Positions 43,840 through 53,188 of a DNA stretch of 64,000 nt are shown piece by piece. Position 1 is the first letter of the stretch. Every line of letters begins with the position of its first letter. Below the pieces are notes generated by a model. That model was not told the origin of the DNA and searched no databases. It saw only the letters and a program-made list of their open reading frames with translations. Location: positions 640,001-704,000 of the forward strand of contig CAVSIV010000006.1 in the NCBI GenBank assembly GCA_963728205.1. Direction: 5' to 3'. The DNA is from an uncultured Chloroflexia bacterium. GTDB lineage: Bacteria > Chloroflexota > Dehalococcoidia > UBA2979. A program made the translations under genes and the position numbers.

Positions 43840-44331
43840 TCAGTTCGCGCCCATCGCGGACATCTCCGCGGTCACGAATTGGTCGCCGATTCCACGGATC
43901 GCCGACACCGGCACGACCGTGCTCGTCCCGCCGAGACCAAGGACTCCCCCTTCGTGCGCCTCCACCTCGGTGAGCGCACCCGTCTCGTCGTCGATCGTCA
44001 ACGCTCGCACGTCACCCAGGTACTTGGCCTCGCTATTCAGGACTCGAAGACCGACCAGGTCGCTGAGGGCTCGCATGCGATTCAGGCTGCCCTCGGGCGG
44101 CTCTGTCTGGCCGAAGTCAACGTCCGTGACGGTGAGCGCCTCTGCGCCGATGTGCTGAACCGCTCCGAACGGGAGGATGAGACGGGTTCCATCATGCCGG
44201 AGGACGAGTGAGGCGACGCGCAACTGATCGATATCGAACAGCACATCGTCCACGGTCCCGAGCGACGCTCCGCCGCTCATGCTCACCACGGTCCGGTTCT
44301 TCAGCTGGCTGGCGTCCATAGGTATCCCCAT
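43840..44331 (-). CDS. Tandem PRC-barrel protein
   Basis: LKNRTVV..GASLGTVDDVLFD and LVGLRVL..AKYLGDVRALTID. Confidence 0.85.
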   Translation of the reverse strand: MGIPMDASQLKNRTVVSMSGGASLGTVDDVLFDIDQLRVASLVLRHDGTRLILPFGAVQHIGAEALTVTDVDFGQTEPPEGSLNRMRALSDLVGLRVLNSEAKYLGDVRALTIDDETGALTEVEAHEGGVLGLGGTSTVVPVSAIRGIGDQFVTAEMSAMGAN

Positions 44332-44650
44332 TTCGAGATGATGAGGGCGGGCGATTCTTCCGAGGAATCAACTGCGAAGCGTTGGCGCTTCGCAAGCGAG
44401 GACAGATGGGCTCGATCGATCCCTCAGGCTCACGCTGCGTCGTCGCGGATCGGGCGGCGCTTCGAACGCCGGCCAAGCGCCGCTCCCTGTCGATCGACGT
44501 GTCGTGAATGTAGGCGGAGTGTGTCACAGGGCCGTTACCGTGTTCGGACCCCACGCCCTCCGCCGTGCTGATCGACCGGCCGCACCCTGAACGACCGGCT
44601 CCCTGATGGTCCGAGCCGGTCACTCGGCATGCGCACGGCCGCGCCGCGAT

Positions 44651-45712
44651 TCAGGGAAGCGCGACGAGTCCGATCATCCCGATCACGAACAGGACGAGGA
44701 CCGCGAGCGAGTCGACGCCCATGCGCAGGATCTGGCGCCGCGGACGGAACACGAGGCCCGCGACGTAGACGAGCGTGAGCAGCGCACCGAGTGCGGTGAG
44801 GTAGATGTCGGTGGGCTCCGCCGCCGGCAGCACGGCCTTGCCGCTGATCACCGTGACGAGCAGGAACAGCACGGGCAAGAACGCGTTGCCGCCGAAGACG
44901 TCACCCATCGCCAGCTTGTAGTCGCCGGCGCGCGCGGCCGTCAGCCCGGTGGACAGCTCGGGGAGCGACGTGGCGGCCGCCAGCACGGTCGCGCCGAACA
45001 AGACGCCCGACAGCCCCAGGTTCCCGAAGAACACTTCGCCGCTCCTCTCGACGGCGAAGCCGGCGATCAGCGTGAGCAACGCGGCGACGCCGAAGACGCT
45101 GACCGCACGGACGGTGCTGACGTGTCGCCGGGTCGCCTGTTGCTCGTGCGCGGCGCGGTGGTGTCCACGCGGCCGGTCCTGACCGCCGGGCGCCTCACCA
45201 CCCTCAGTCCACGGCAGCCGGCCGCCCGGGCCGCCAATCAGGCCCAAACCGATGAGCCACACGATCGCGATCAGCACGGGTGCCGGCGTGAGCCGGAACG
45301 CGATCAAGTTCGCCGGCAGTTGCGAGCCGGCGATGACCACCATCAGCACGCCCACGACGAGGCACGCTTCCAACACCAGCGTCAGGCTGCCCGCCATGAA
45401 GGTCAGCGGGTTCCGCGTCCGCACGCCAAACGCGTCGACGGCCACGAGCACCAGCGTCTGCATGGCGATGCCGCCAAGCAGGTTCCCGACCGCGATCTCG
45501 ACGTGTCCGGTCACTGCCGCGGTGGTCGTGATCGCGATCTCGGGCAGGTTGGTCGCCAGCGCGAGCAGGATCATCCCACCGAGCGCCGCGCCGAGATGCA
45601 GGCGCTCGGCCAGGACGTCTGTGTAGTTCGACAGCTGGACCCCGGCGCCCCAGATCGCGGCCGCGGATGCGATGAAGACTGCGAGGAGGACCGCGGACGG
45701 CAGGGAAGACAC
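44651..45712 (-). CDS. Na+/Ca2+ exchanger (CaCA, YrbG-like)
   Basis: Alpha repeats ATNLPE...GNLLGG and ATSLPE...GDVFGGN; about 10 TM segments. Confidence 0.9.
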   Translation of the reverse strand: MSSLPSAVLLAVFIASAAAIWGAGVQLSNYTDVLAERLHLGAALGGMILLALATNLPEIAITTTAAVTGHVEIAVGNLLGGIAMQTLVLVAVDAFGVRTRNPLTFMAGSLTLVLEACLVVGVLMVVIAGSQLPANLIAFRLTPAPVLIAIVWLIGLGLIGGPGGRLPWTEGGEAPGGQDRPRGHHRAAHEQQATRRHVSTVRAVSVFGVAALLTLIAGFAVERSGEVFFGNLGLSGVLFGATVLAAATSLPELSTGLTAARAGDYKLAMGDVFGGNAFLPVLFLLVTVISGKAVLPAAEPTDIYLTALGALLTLVYVAGLVFRPRRQILRMGVDSLAVLVLFVIGMIGLVALP

Positions 45713-45842
45713 GGCGGCCTCTCAGGCGCGCGACACGGGCCGAGCAAGCGCGGCGGCGGCTCCGGCCTGCCGACGCGTGGAGAGACCACGACCTCGTATT
45801 CCCGTCGGCGATCGGGACGCCGTGGTGGTCACGGTGATCCTG

Positions 45843-46106
45843 TTAGATCGTCGGCGGGGCGGATGGGACGCGATCCCTGCGGATCGCGCCGTGCGCCAGC
45901 CCGGCGGTGAACTGCGCCACGTCGTATTCGTAGCCGCAGAGGATGCAGAGGAGGTTCGCGTCGTCACGCATCAGCCTCCCACCACAGCGCGGGCACTCGA
46001 GCCGGCCGGCGCGCGTGCGCGGCATCCCCACCTGCTCGACCTTGCGCGCGACCGCTTCGACCCGCTGGAACAGCGGGGGCGCGTGCTTCGTTGCCGTCGC
46101 GGACAT
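45843..46106 (-). CDS. Small zinc-ribbon protein
   Basis: CPRCGGRL...CILCGYE; GAAAGGG upstream of ATG 46106. Confidence 0.6.
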   Translation of the reverse strand: MSATATKHAPPLFQRVEAVARKVEQVGMPRTRAGRLECPRCGGRLMRDDANLLCILCGYEYDVAQFTAGLAHGAIRRDRVPSAPPTI

Positions 46107-46446
46107 GTGTGCCGCCCTTTCGGGAGCCACGGGGACCATGGGGTGGGAGCGGTCGGAGGAGGTTCGCTGTCGCGGCGTTACGGCGCCGTCACACAGCCCG
46201 GACGGCAAGAGCATGTGGGTCTGACCGGTCTCGGCCATCATCGAGACGTGCGACGCGATCGGAGCGACGGTTGCCCATGGCGGGCGGTGCCCGCCTGATG
46301 CTGGGCACCCTCCGGGCCTTCGACGGCCCCGACGCGATTCGTTCGCGCGCGTCGGTTATCCACCCGCGGGTCCGTCGCACCGCGGCGCATGGGCAGGTCG
46401 GGCGGCACGAGCCGCGCGCGTACGACAGGTCGACCGGTCGAGGGGC

Positions 46447-46522
46447 TGGCGCGCCGGGCAGGATTCGAACCTGCGACCGGCAGTTCCGAAGACTGCTGCT
46501 CTATCCCCTGAGCTACCGGCGC
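46447..46522 (-). tRNA. tRNA-Arg (anticodon UCG)
   Basis: Cloverleaf with acceptor GCGCCGG/CCGGCGC, anticodon arm GCAGT-CTTCGGA-ACTGC, T-loop GGTTCGAATCC and encoded CCA. Confidence 0.95.
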
Positions 46523-46581
46523 GCTGCGCTGATCTTGCCAGCAATCGCACCGCCGCGCACGCGCCACCGGACGGAGCCGCC

Positions 46582-46971
46582 ATGCCACGCCTGGTCGTCG
46601 ACGCGATGAACGTGATCGGGGCACGCCCGGACGGGTGGTGGCGCGACCGCGCCGGCGCTGCGCGACGCCTCGTGCGCAACCTCGAGCGGCTGGCCCGCGA
46701 CCGCGACGAGCGCGTCGTCGTCGTGCTCGACGGCCGCCCGCTGCCGGACCTCCCGGAAGGCGAGCGCGGCGACCTGCTCGTCCTCTACGCCGAGCGGCCC
46801 GGCCCGAACGCCGCAGACCGCCGCATCGAGGAGTACGTCGCCGCCGACCCCGACCCCGCGTCGCTGCTCGTCGTGACCTCCGACGCCGACCTCGCGCGCC
46901 GCGTGCGCGCCCTCGGCGCGCGCGTCGAGGGCGCGTCCGCCTGGCGTCGCCGCATCGATGAGGCCGGCTGA
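46582..46971 (+). CDS. NYN/PIN-like (YacP/Rae1-like) domain protein
   Basis: VVDAMNVIG, VLDG, AADRRI, VVTSD. Confidence 0.85.
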   Translation: MPRLVVDAMNVIGARPDGWWRDRAGAARRLVRNLERLARDRDERVVVVLDGRPLPDLPEGERGDLLVLYAERPGPNAADRRIEEYVAADPDPASLLVVTSDADLARRVRALGARVEGASAWRRRIDEAG

Positions 46972-47014
46972 GGCGAGCGGCGGGCCGACGCCGAGGCGCG
47001 CGGCAGGCCTCAGA

Positions 47015-47170
47015 CCTCGTCGGAAAGTCAAAGCGGCGGCAGAAATGCCGCCGACCGGACGCGGACGCAGTCCGCGGCTGGCGCCGCGCTTCTGTCGGCG
47101 GCATATCTGCCGCCGCTTTGGGTGACGTTCATGCGCGCACGGCGCCCCACCGGGGCATGTCGACTGCCGT
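47015..47170. repeat. About 155-bp REPIN/MITE-like unit, copy 1
   Basis: Inverted pair of REP hairpins with conserved flanks; near-identical to 47754..47908. Confidence 0.88.
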
Positions 47171-47241
47171 GTGCAGCAGCCGCCTCCCTCCCCCCGCGCC
47201 CCGGCGAGCCTGCGTCTCCCAGCGCGCCGTACCCTCATCGC

Positions 47242-47733
47242 ATGCCCGACGTCCGCGACGAAGACCGCGAGCACCTCCGCCGCGCCATGGCGCTCCACAC
47301 GCGCGGCGAGATCGACGCCGCACTCGCCGAGGCGGACGCGGCCGTGGCCGGCTCGCCGGCCTTCGGCGAGGCGCACGCCTACATCGGCAACACGCTCGTC
47401 ACGCGCAAGCGCCGCTTCGCCGACGGCCTCGCCGCGCTCGACCGTGCCGTCGCGACGCTGCCCGCCGACCCCGTCGTCCGCTACACGTCCGGGTGGTGCC
47501 GCGAGTTCGTCGCGAACGAGCTGGCCCGTCCCAAGCGACCGCACCAGCCCGTCGACGCCGACGCCCCCGCGCTCTACGCCGCCGCCCGCGCCGAGTTCCT
47601 CGCCGCGCTCGAGCTCGATCCCGACGACCAGGTCCGCGGCGACATCGAGGACATGCTCGACGTGATCGCCGCCGCCACCGGCGAGCCGTGGGACGAGTCG
47701 CTCGTCGCGCGCGCGAAGCCGCGCGAGCGGTAG
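47242..47733 (+). CDS. TPR-repeat protein
   Basis: Helical repeats EAHAYIGN..., ALELDP; TACCCT 6 nt before the ATG (possibly leaderless). Confidence 0.75.
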   Translation: MPDVRDEDREHLRRAMALHTRGEIDAALAEADAAVAGSPAFGEAHAYIGNTLVTRKRRFADGLAALDRAVATLPADPVVRYTSGWCREFVANELARPKRPHQPVDADAPALYAAARAEFLAALELDPDDQVRGDIEDMLDVIAAATGEPWDESLVARAKPRER

Positions 47734-47753
47734 CCCCCGGGCGCGCGGCAGAG

Positions 47754-47908
47754 CCTCGTCGGAAAGTCACAGCGGCGGCAGATATGCCGCCGACAGGACG
47801 CGGACGCAGTCCGCGGCTGGCGCCGCGCTTCTGTCGGCGGCATGTCTGCCGCCGCTGTGGGTGACGTTCATGCGCGCACGGCGCCCCCCGGGGCATGCTG
47901 ACTGCCGT
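47754..47908. repeat. About 155-bp REPIN/MITE-like unit, copy 2
   Basis: Direct repeat of 47015..47170. Confidence 0.88.
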
Positions 47909-47993
47909 CCGCAGTGAGCGCCTCCCGCGCCCACGCGAGCGCCGCGCCCACCGCGCCGCCCGTCGCGCCCGGCGGGCGCGCTATCCTCGCCCC

Positions 47994-48857
47994 ATGCCAC
48001 ACCTCGACCTCGACGACGGCTTCCGCCTCTACTACGAGGTCCACGGCCCCGCACACGGCCCTGCGCTCCTCCTCGCGCACGGCGCCGGCGGGAACGCGCT
48101 CTCGTGGTGGCAGCAGGTCCCCGCCTTCGCCGACCGCTATCGCGTCATCACCTTCGACCACCGCGCCTTCGGCCGCTCGCCTGACCTACACGACGGCCCG
48201 GGCCGCATCGCGTTCGGCACCGACGTGCGCGCGCTGCTCGTCCACCTCGGCATCGAGCGCGTCCACTTCGTCGCCCACTCCATGGGTGGGCGCACCGCCT
48301 TCGGCCTGTTCTCGCGCGCGCCGGAGTTGGTCGCGTCGCTCACCTACTCCGGGACGAACGGCGGCTGCGTCGACGACCGCTATCGCGCGCTGCGCCGGCA
48401 GCTCGAGGACGACGGCCACATGGCCGGCTCGCTGCTCTCGCGCGCCACGCACCACGACTACGCCGACGCCGCGCCCGACATGCACTTCCTCTACCGCCAG
48501 ATCCGCGGCATCAACCCGCGCCGGCCGCGCGACTTCCTCGCGCCGACCGGCCGCATGGTGAACTACCGCGGGTCGACGGCCGGCCGGCTGCGCGACAGCG
48601 GCATTCCCATCCTCTGGGTCGTCGGCGCGCACGACCGCGTGATCCCGCCGCCCCTGATCCGCATCTCGCACGACCTCACGCCGGGCTCGCGCTACGTCGA
48701 GGTCCCCGGCGCCGGCCACTCCGCGTACTTCGAGCGGCCCGATGCGTGGAACGCCGCCGTGCGCGACTTCCTCGACGCCGTCGAAGACGGCCGCGCAATC
48801 GCGCCTGCGGTCGAGCCGCGGGGGAGTGCCCGCGGCTCCGCGTCGCCCGCCCCGTGA
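47994..48857 (+). CDS. Alpha/beta hydrolase
   Basis: AHG, FDHRAFGRS, AHSMGG, GAHD, AGHS. Confidence 0.9.
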   Translation: MPHLDLDDGFRLYYEVHGPAHGPALLLAHGAGGNALSWWQQVPAFADRYRVITFDHRAFGRSPDLHDGPGRIAFGTDVRALLVHLGIERVHFVAHSMGGRTAFGLFSRAPELVASLTYSGTNGGCVDDRYRALRRQLEDDGHMAGSLLSRATHHDYADAAPDMHFLYRQIRGINPRRPRDFLAPTGRMVNYRGSTAGRLRDSGIPILWVVGAHDRVIPPPLIRISHDLTPGSRYVEVPGAGHSAYFERPDAWNAAVRDFLDAVEDGRAIAPAVEPRGSARGSASPAP

Positions 48858-49441
48858 CCGCCCGCCCCGCCCTCGACGTCCGCCCCGTCAGGCCCGACCG
48901 CTGGGCCGATCTCGAGCGGCTGTTCGGCCCGAGCGGCGCGTACGGCGGCTGCTGGTGCATGTTCCCGCGCGTCACGGGCCGCGAGCACGCGGCGAACGGC
49001 AACGCCGGCAACCGTGCGGCGATGCGCGCGATCGTCGAGGCCGGCCGCGTGCCGGGCCTCCTCGGCTACCGCGGCGACGCGCCCGTGGGCTGGGTGTCGG
49101 TCGCCCCGCGGCCGGAGTTCGCGCGCGTGACGCGCTCGCCGCTGACGAAGCCGCCGCGCGACGCCGCCGCCGACGGCACGACCTTCGCCGTCGTCTGCTT
49201 CTTCATCGCGCGCGGCCACCGGCGCACCGGCGTCGGGCGCGCGCTGCTGAAGGCGGCGGTCGCGCACGCCGCCGCGCACGGCGCGACGGCGGTCGAGGGC
49301 TACCCCGTCGACGCCGCCGGCGGGCGCATCGCCGAGGCCGCGGGGTGGCACGGCACGCTCGCGATGTTCGAGGCCGCGGGCTTCACGGTCGTCGAACGGC
49401 GCGCCCCCGCGCGCCCGATCGTGCGCCGCGCGACCGGGTGA
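48854..49441 (+). CDS. GNAT acetyltransferase
   Basis: GCWCM, VGWVSVAPR, HRRTGVGRALL, VEGYP, FEAAGF; GTGA overlap. Confidence 0.88.
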   Translation: MTARPALDVRPVRPDRWADLERLFGPSGAYGGCWCMFPRVTGREHAANGNAGNRAAMRAIVEAGRVPGLLGYRGDAPVGWVSVAPRPEFARVTRSPLTKPPRDAAADGTTFAVVCFFIARGHRRTGVGRALLKAAVAHAAAHGATAVEGYPVDAAGGRIAEAAGWHGTLAMFEAAGFTVVERRAPARPIVRRATG

Positions 49442-49585
49442 CGCGCGCGACCTGCTGGCGGCGTGTCTGACGCCGCTACACCTGCCGGCCGCCGCTACGC
49501 TCGCGGACGGCAACCCACGGCGGCGGCAGACGCGCCGCCGACGGCCGCCGCGCGACAGCGCGGAATCCCCGCTCCCCGCGCGTCG

Positions 49586-49867
49586 CTACGCCCGCGCGTT
49601 GATCTCCTTCGCCAGGTCGAAGTCCTGCTGCGTGATCCCGCCCGCGTCGTGCGTCGACAGCGCGATGCCGACCCTGTTGTAGACGTTCGACAGGTTCGGG
49701 TGATGGTTCGCCCGCTCGGCCAGCACGCCGACCTGCGCGATGAACCCCAGCGCCCCGACGAAGTCGTCGAACTCGAAGTCGCGCGCGATCGCGTCGCCGT
49801 CGCGCCGCCAGCCGGGCACGCCGTTGAGCGCGTCGCGGACCTGGTCGTCGGTCATCTTCTCGGCCAT
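49586..49867 (-). CDS. phhB: Pterin-4-alpha-carbinolamine dehydratase
   Basis: AERANHHP, YNRV, STHDAGGIT..D..LA. Confidence 0.9.
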   Translation of the reverse strand: MAEKMTDDQVRDALNGVPGWRRDGDAIARDFEFDDFVGALGFIAQVGVLAERANHHPNLSNVYNRVGIALSTHDAGGITQQDFDLAKEINARA

Positions 49868-49915
49868 GGGTGTGTCCTCCTCGTGCACCTTCGAGGCTAC
49901 CGCCCGCTGGCGCGC

Positions 49916-49997
49916 GTCAAGCGGCGGCAGCATGCCGCCGATGCCAGCGCGGCCCCGGGGCCGCGGGAGTATCGGCGGCATGCTGCCGCCGCTTGAC
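49916..49997. repeat. Inverted REP doublet (long hairpin)
   Basis: GTCAAGCGGCGGCAGCATGCCGCCGAT and its exact reverse complement flank a GC-rich spacer. Confidence 0.88.
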
Positions 49998-50097
49998 TCA
50001 CATCACCGGTTGCCACGCGCACTCCCCGCGGGCCCGCCGCGCGCTCAGACGGTAACCTCGTAAGCGAGCGGGACGCGACGCGGGAGGGACTGCGGCG

Positions 50098-51442
50098 ATG
50101 AGCACCATCCTCGAGACCTATGAGTCGATGCACGCAGGCTCGAAGCGGCTCGCCGCGCGCGCCCGCAACGTCTTCCCCTCCGGCGTCACGCACGACGCCC
50201 GCGCCTTCACCCCGTGGCCGATCTACGTCGACCGCGCGCGCGGGCCGCGCAAGTGGGACGTCGACGGCAACGAGTACGTCGACTACATCGGCGGCCACGG
50301 CGCGCTGCTGCTCGGCCACAACCGCCCGGAGGTGATGGACGCGATCCGCGCGGCGCTCGACCGCGGCACGCACTTCGGCTCCTCGCACGACACGGAGATC
50401 GAGTGGGGCGAGCAGGTGCTGAAGATGGTGCCGTGCGCCGAGCGCGTGCGCTTCACGTCGTCGGGCACCGAGGCCACGATGATGGCGCTGCGCCTCGCCC
50501 GCGCCTACACCGGCCGCGAGCGCGTCGTGAAGCTCGAGGACCACTTCCACGGCTGGCACGACCTCGTCGTCGGCCGGCTGCGCCTCGACGACCCGCACCC
50601 GCACTCCCCCGGCGTCCCCGAGGGCTTCTACGACGCGCTCACAATCGTCCCCGCCGGCGACACCGCCGCGATGGGCGAGGCCCTCGCGGCCCGCGACGTC
50701 GCCGCCGTGATCCTCGAGCCGACCGGCGCGCACTGGGGCACGCACCCAACCGACGCGGCCTACCTGCGCGAGCTCCGCAGGCTCACCGCCGAGACCGGGA
50801 CGCTGCTGATCATGGACGAGGTGATCACCGGCTTCCGCATGGCGCCGGGCGGCTGCTCGGAAGCGTGGGGCGTCGTGCCGGACCTCTCCACGCACGCCAA
50901 GATCCTCGCGGGCGGCATGCCCGGGGGGTGCGTCACCGGCCGCGCCGACGTGGTGTCGATGCTCGAGAATCCGCGAGGACACCGAGTGGAACCGCAAGGA
51001 GCGCATCAGCCACCAGGGCACGTACAACGCGAACCCCGTCGCGGCATCCGCCGGGCTCACCGCGCTCCGCATCATCGAGTCGCAGGGCGAATGCGCGAAG
51101 GCAGACGCGACGACGGCGACCCTGGTGCGCGGCCTCAACGCGTTGTTCCGCGAGCTGTCGGTGCCCGGGTCCGCGTGGGCGGTGTCGAGCATGTGGCACA
51201 CGAACCTCGGCTACGACGCGCCCGTGCCGGCCGACGTCGAGTGGGATGCCGCCGACCAGCCGCGCGGCGTCGACGACGGGCTGCTCCTGCACCTGCGCCG
51301 CGCCCTCTTCAACCACGGCGTGGACCTGATGAGCACCGGGGGCATGGTCTCGTCGTCCCATGGCGACGCCGAGATCGAGGCGACCGTCGCGGGCTTCCGC
51401 GCCGCGGTCGGCGACCTGCGCGCGGAGGGCCTGCTGGACTGA
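50098..51442 (+). CDS. Class III aminotransferase (GSA aminomutase-like), frameshift near 50968
   Basis: DVDGNEYVD, SGTEA, FHGWHD, DEVITGFR, AKILAGG; removing one A from GAGAATC restores ISHQGTYNANP. Confidence 0.88.
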
Positions 51443-51466
51443 TCGGCGCGGGCCTCGCCCGCGGGA

Positions 51467-51539
51467 TGTCGGCGGCATATCTGCCGCCGCTGTGGCCGCC
51501 ACCCGCAACCCCGAAGCGGCGGCAGACATGCCGCCGACA
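51467..51539. repeat. Inverted REP doublet
   Basis: TGTCGGCGGCATATCTGCCGCCGCT...AGCGGCGGCAGACATGCCGCCGACA. Confidence 0.85.
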
Positions 51540-51631
51540 GACCTCGCGCGACAGCGCGGGCCCCCGGCGCCCACCCGCGCCCCGGCGCCGCCCTCCACAA
51601 TTCGCCACGCAAACTGGGCATTTTCCCGGGT

Positions 51632-52372
51632 ATGCAGCCGGCCGGGGCTCTGACATACTCCCTCGCCGTGCGGCGGAGAATTCGCGGGACGCTCGCCCGG
51701 GCAGCCGGGTGGGCAGCGCTCGCGTCGCTATCGAGCCTCGCGCTCGCGCTCCTGGTGGGCGTGGGCGGCTTCCGGGCGCTCGATGCCGGCGCCCACGTCG
51801 CGGTCGTCCGCGTCACGCACTCCAGCCGCCCCGCCCTCGCGCTCATCGAGGCGATGCACCGCGTCGAGCACGCGCAGGCCGCCGAGGCCGCCGCGACCGA
51901 TCCCCTCGTCTCGATCGCCCCGGCCGCAGTGCACGCCCGGGCCGCGCAGGCGCGGTTCGCGGCGGAGCCCACGAGCGCGCCCACCACCGCCACCCTCGCC
52001 ATCCAGTCACGGCCCCAGGCGCTCAGCATCGCCACGCCCGACCTCGCACCCGGCGATCGCGTCGAGGTGCCCGTCACGTTCTATTACTGCCAGGACGGCT
52101 CCGGCGGTTACCCGCGCGGCGACGGCGGCGGCTTCTGCGGACTGATGCGCGACGGCACGCGCGTCTATCCCGGCGCGGCCGCCTGCGCCTACCGCTACCT
52201 CGGCCAGGTCTTCCGCATCGTCGGCGACCCCACGGGGCGCATCTACAGGTGCGCGGACACCGGCAGCGCCATCCATGGCCTGCACCGCGACATCTGGTTC
52301 AACAACAGCGACGACGGCTGGGTGTGGCAGCTCGCGGTCGGCCGCTCGGCCACCATCGAGATCCTGCCGTAG
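51632..52372 (+). CDS. Membrane-anchored 3D/DPBB-like (lytic-transglycosylase-related) protein; start uncertain
   Basis: N-terminal TM segment; VTFYYC...AAAC...ADTGSAI...RDIW. Confidence 0.7.
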   Translation: MQPAGALTYSLAVRRRIRGTLARAAGWAALASLSSLALALLVGVGGFRALDAGAHVAVVRVTHSSRPALALIEAMHRVEHAQAAEAAATDPLVSIAPAAVHARAAQARFAAEPTSAPTTATLAIQSRPQALSIATPDLAPGDRVEVPVTFYYCQDGSGGYPRGDGGGFCGLMRDGTRVYPGAAACAYRYLGQVFRIVGDPTGRIYRCADTGSAIHGLHRDIWFNNSDDGWVWQLAVGRSATIEILP

Positions 52373-52644
52373 GCGTCGCGATCCGGGCGGGCGCCCGCTC
52401 CGATTTTCCTCGCGATTCAGCACAAATCGGCAGATAACGTGTCGTATCGACATGTCATCCGCCGTTTGCACAGCCCGCATTCCGCAGGATCGCGCATCGA
52501 CGCCTCTTCACGTTCATCATAGACTTGTGCCTTAGAGCACAAACTGATTACGTGAGTGCAGCGAGATTACAGCTGGCGCTGCCCCGTGGCAGCCCCGTTC
52601 GCACGGCGGGACAGCGATTTTGATCAGAGAGGTGAAGGACTTCG

Positions 52645-52977
52645 ATGACCCAGAACGGTGACCGGTTCGTCCAGCGTCGCGCCGTCGGCCAGCGCATTCG
52701 CGAGTGGCGGCTGAAGCGCGAACTGTCGCAGGCCGAGGTGGCGCGCCAGTCCGGCATCACGCAGGCCTCGCTGTCGAACTACGAGAACGGCAAGCGCGAC
52801 CTGCCCCTGTCGACGCTGCTCGGCGTGACGTCCGCGCTCAACGTGTCGCTCGGCGACCTGCTCGACATGCCCGAGGTGATCGTCATCCGCGACTCGACGC
52901 TCGGCCACGCGGTTGAGCAGCTGGTCCGCCGGCCGGACCTGGCCGCGCCGATGGTCGGAGCCGACGCCGCGCTCTAG
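52645..52977 (+). CDS. XRE-family HTH regulator
   Basis: RIREWR...LSQAEVA...ITQASLSNYENGKR. Confidence 0.9.
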   Translation: MTQNGDRFVQRRAVGQRIREWRLKRELSQAEVARQSGITQASLSNYENGKRDLPLSTLLGVTSALNVSLGDLLDMPEVIVIRDSTLGHAVEQLVRRPDLAAPMVGADAAL

Positions 52978-53002
52978 CGCGTGTCGTCCGGAAGACTTCT
53001 GC

Positions 53003-53031
53003 GAGGCCCCGCGACGCGGGGCCTCTTCTTT
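53003..53031 (+). terminator. Intrinsic terminator
   Basis: GAGGCCCCGC-GAC-GCGGGGCCTC followed by TTCTTT, downstream of the XRE gene. Confidence 0.7.
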
Positions 53032-53188
53032 GGCGCTTATACTGGCCGTCGACACACCAATCGGGCCGTCCCCGCGATGACGCACCATGACGCTGTGCCG
53101 GGCCGGTCGGCGTCGCTCCCCTCTCATCGACGCGGCCACGATGCGCTACCGTGCTGGCAATGCGACCCCCTGCGTAAGGAGCCGAGCC

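Noticed and set aside
46250-46446. Integrase or att site next to the tRNA
   Set aside because: No recombinase motifs and no duplicate of the tRNA 3' end were found in the window.
50098-51442. hemL assignment
   Set aside because: The family is clear, but the context and divergent motifs do not support true HemL function.
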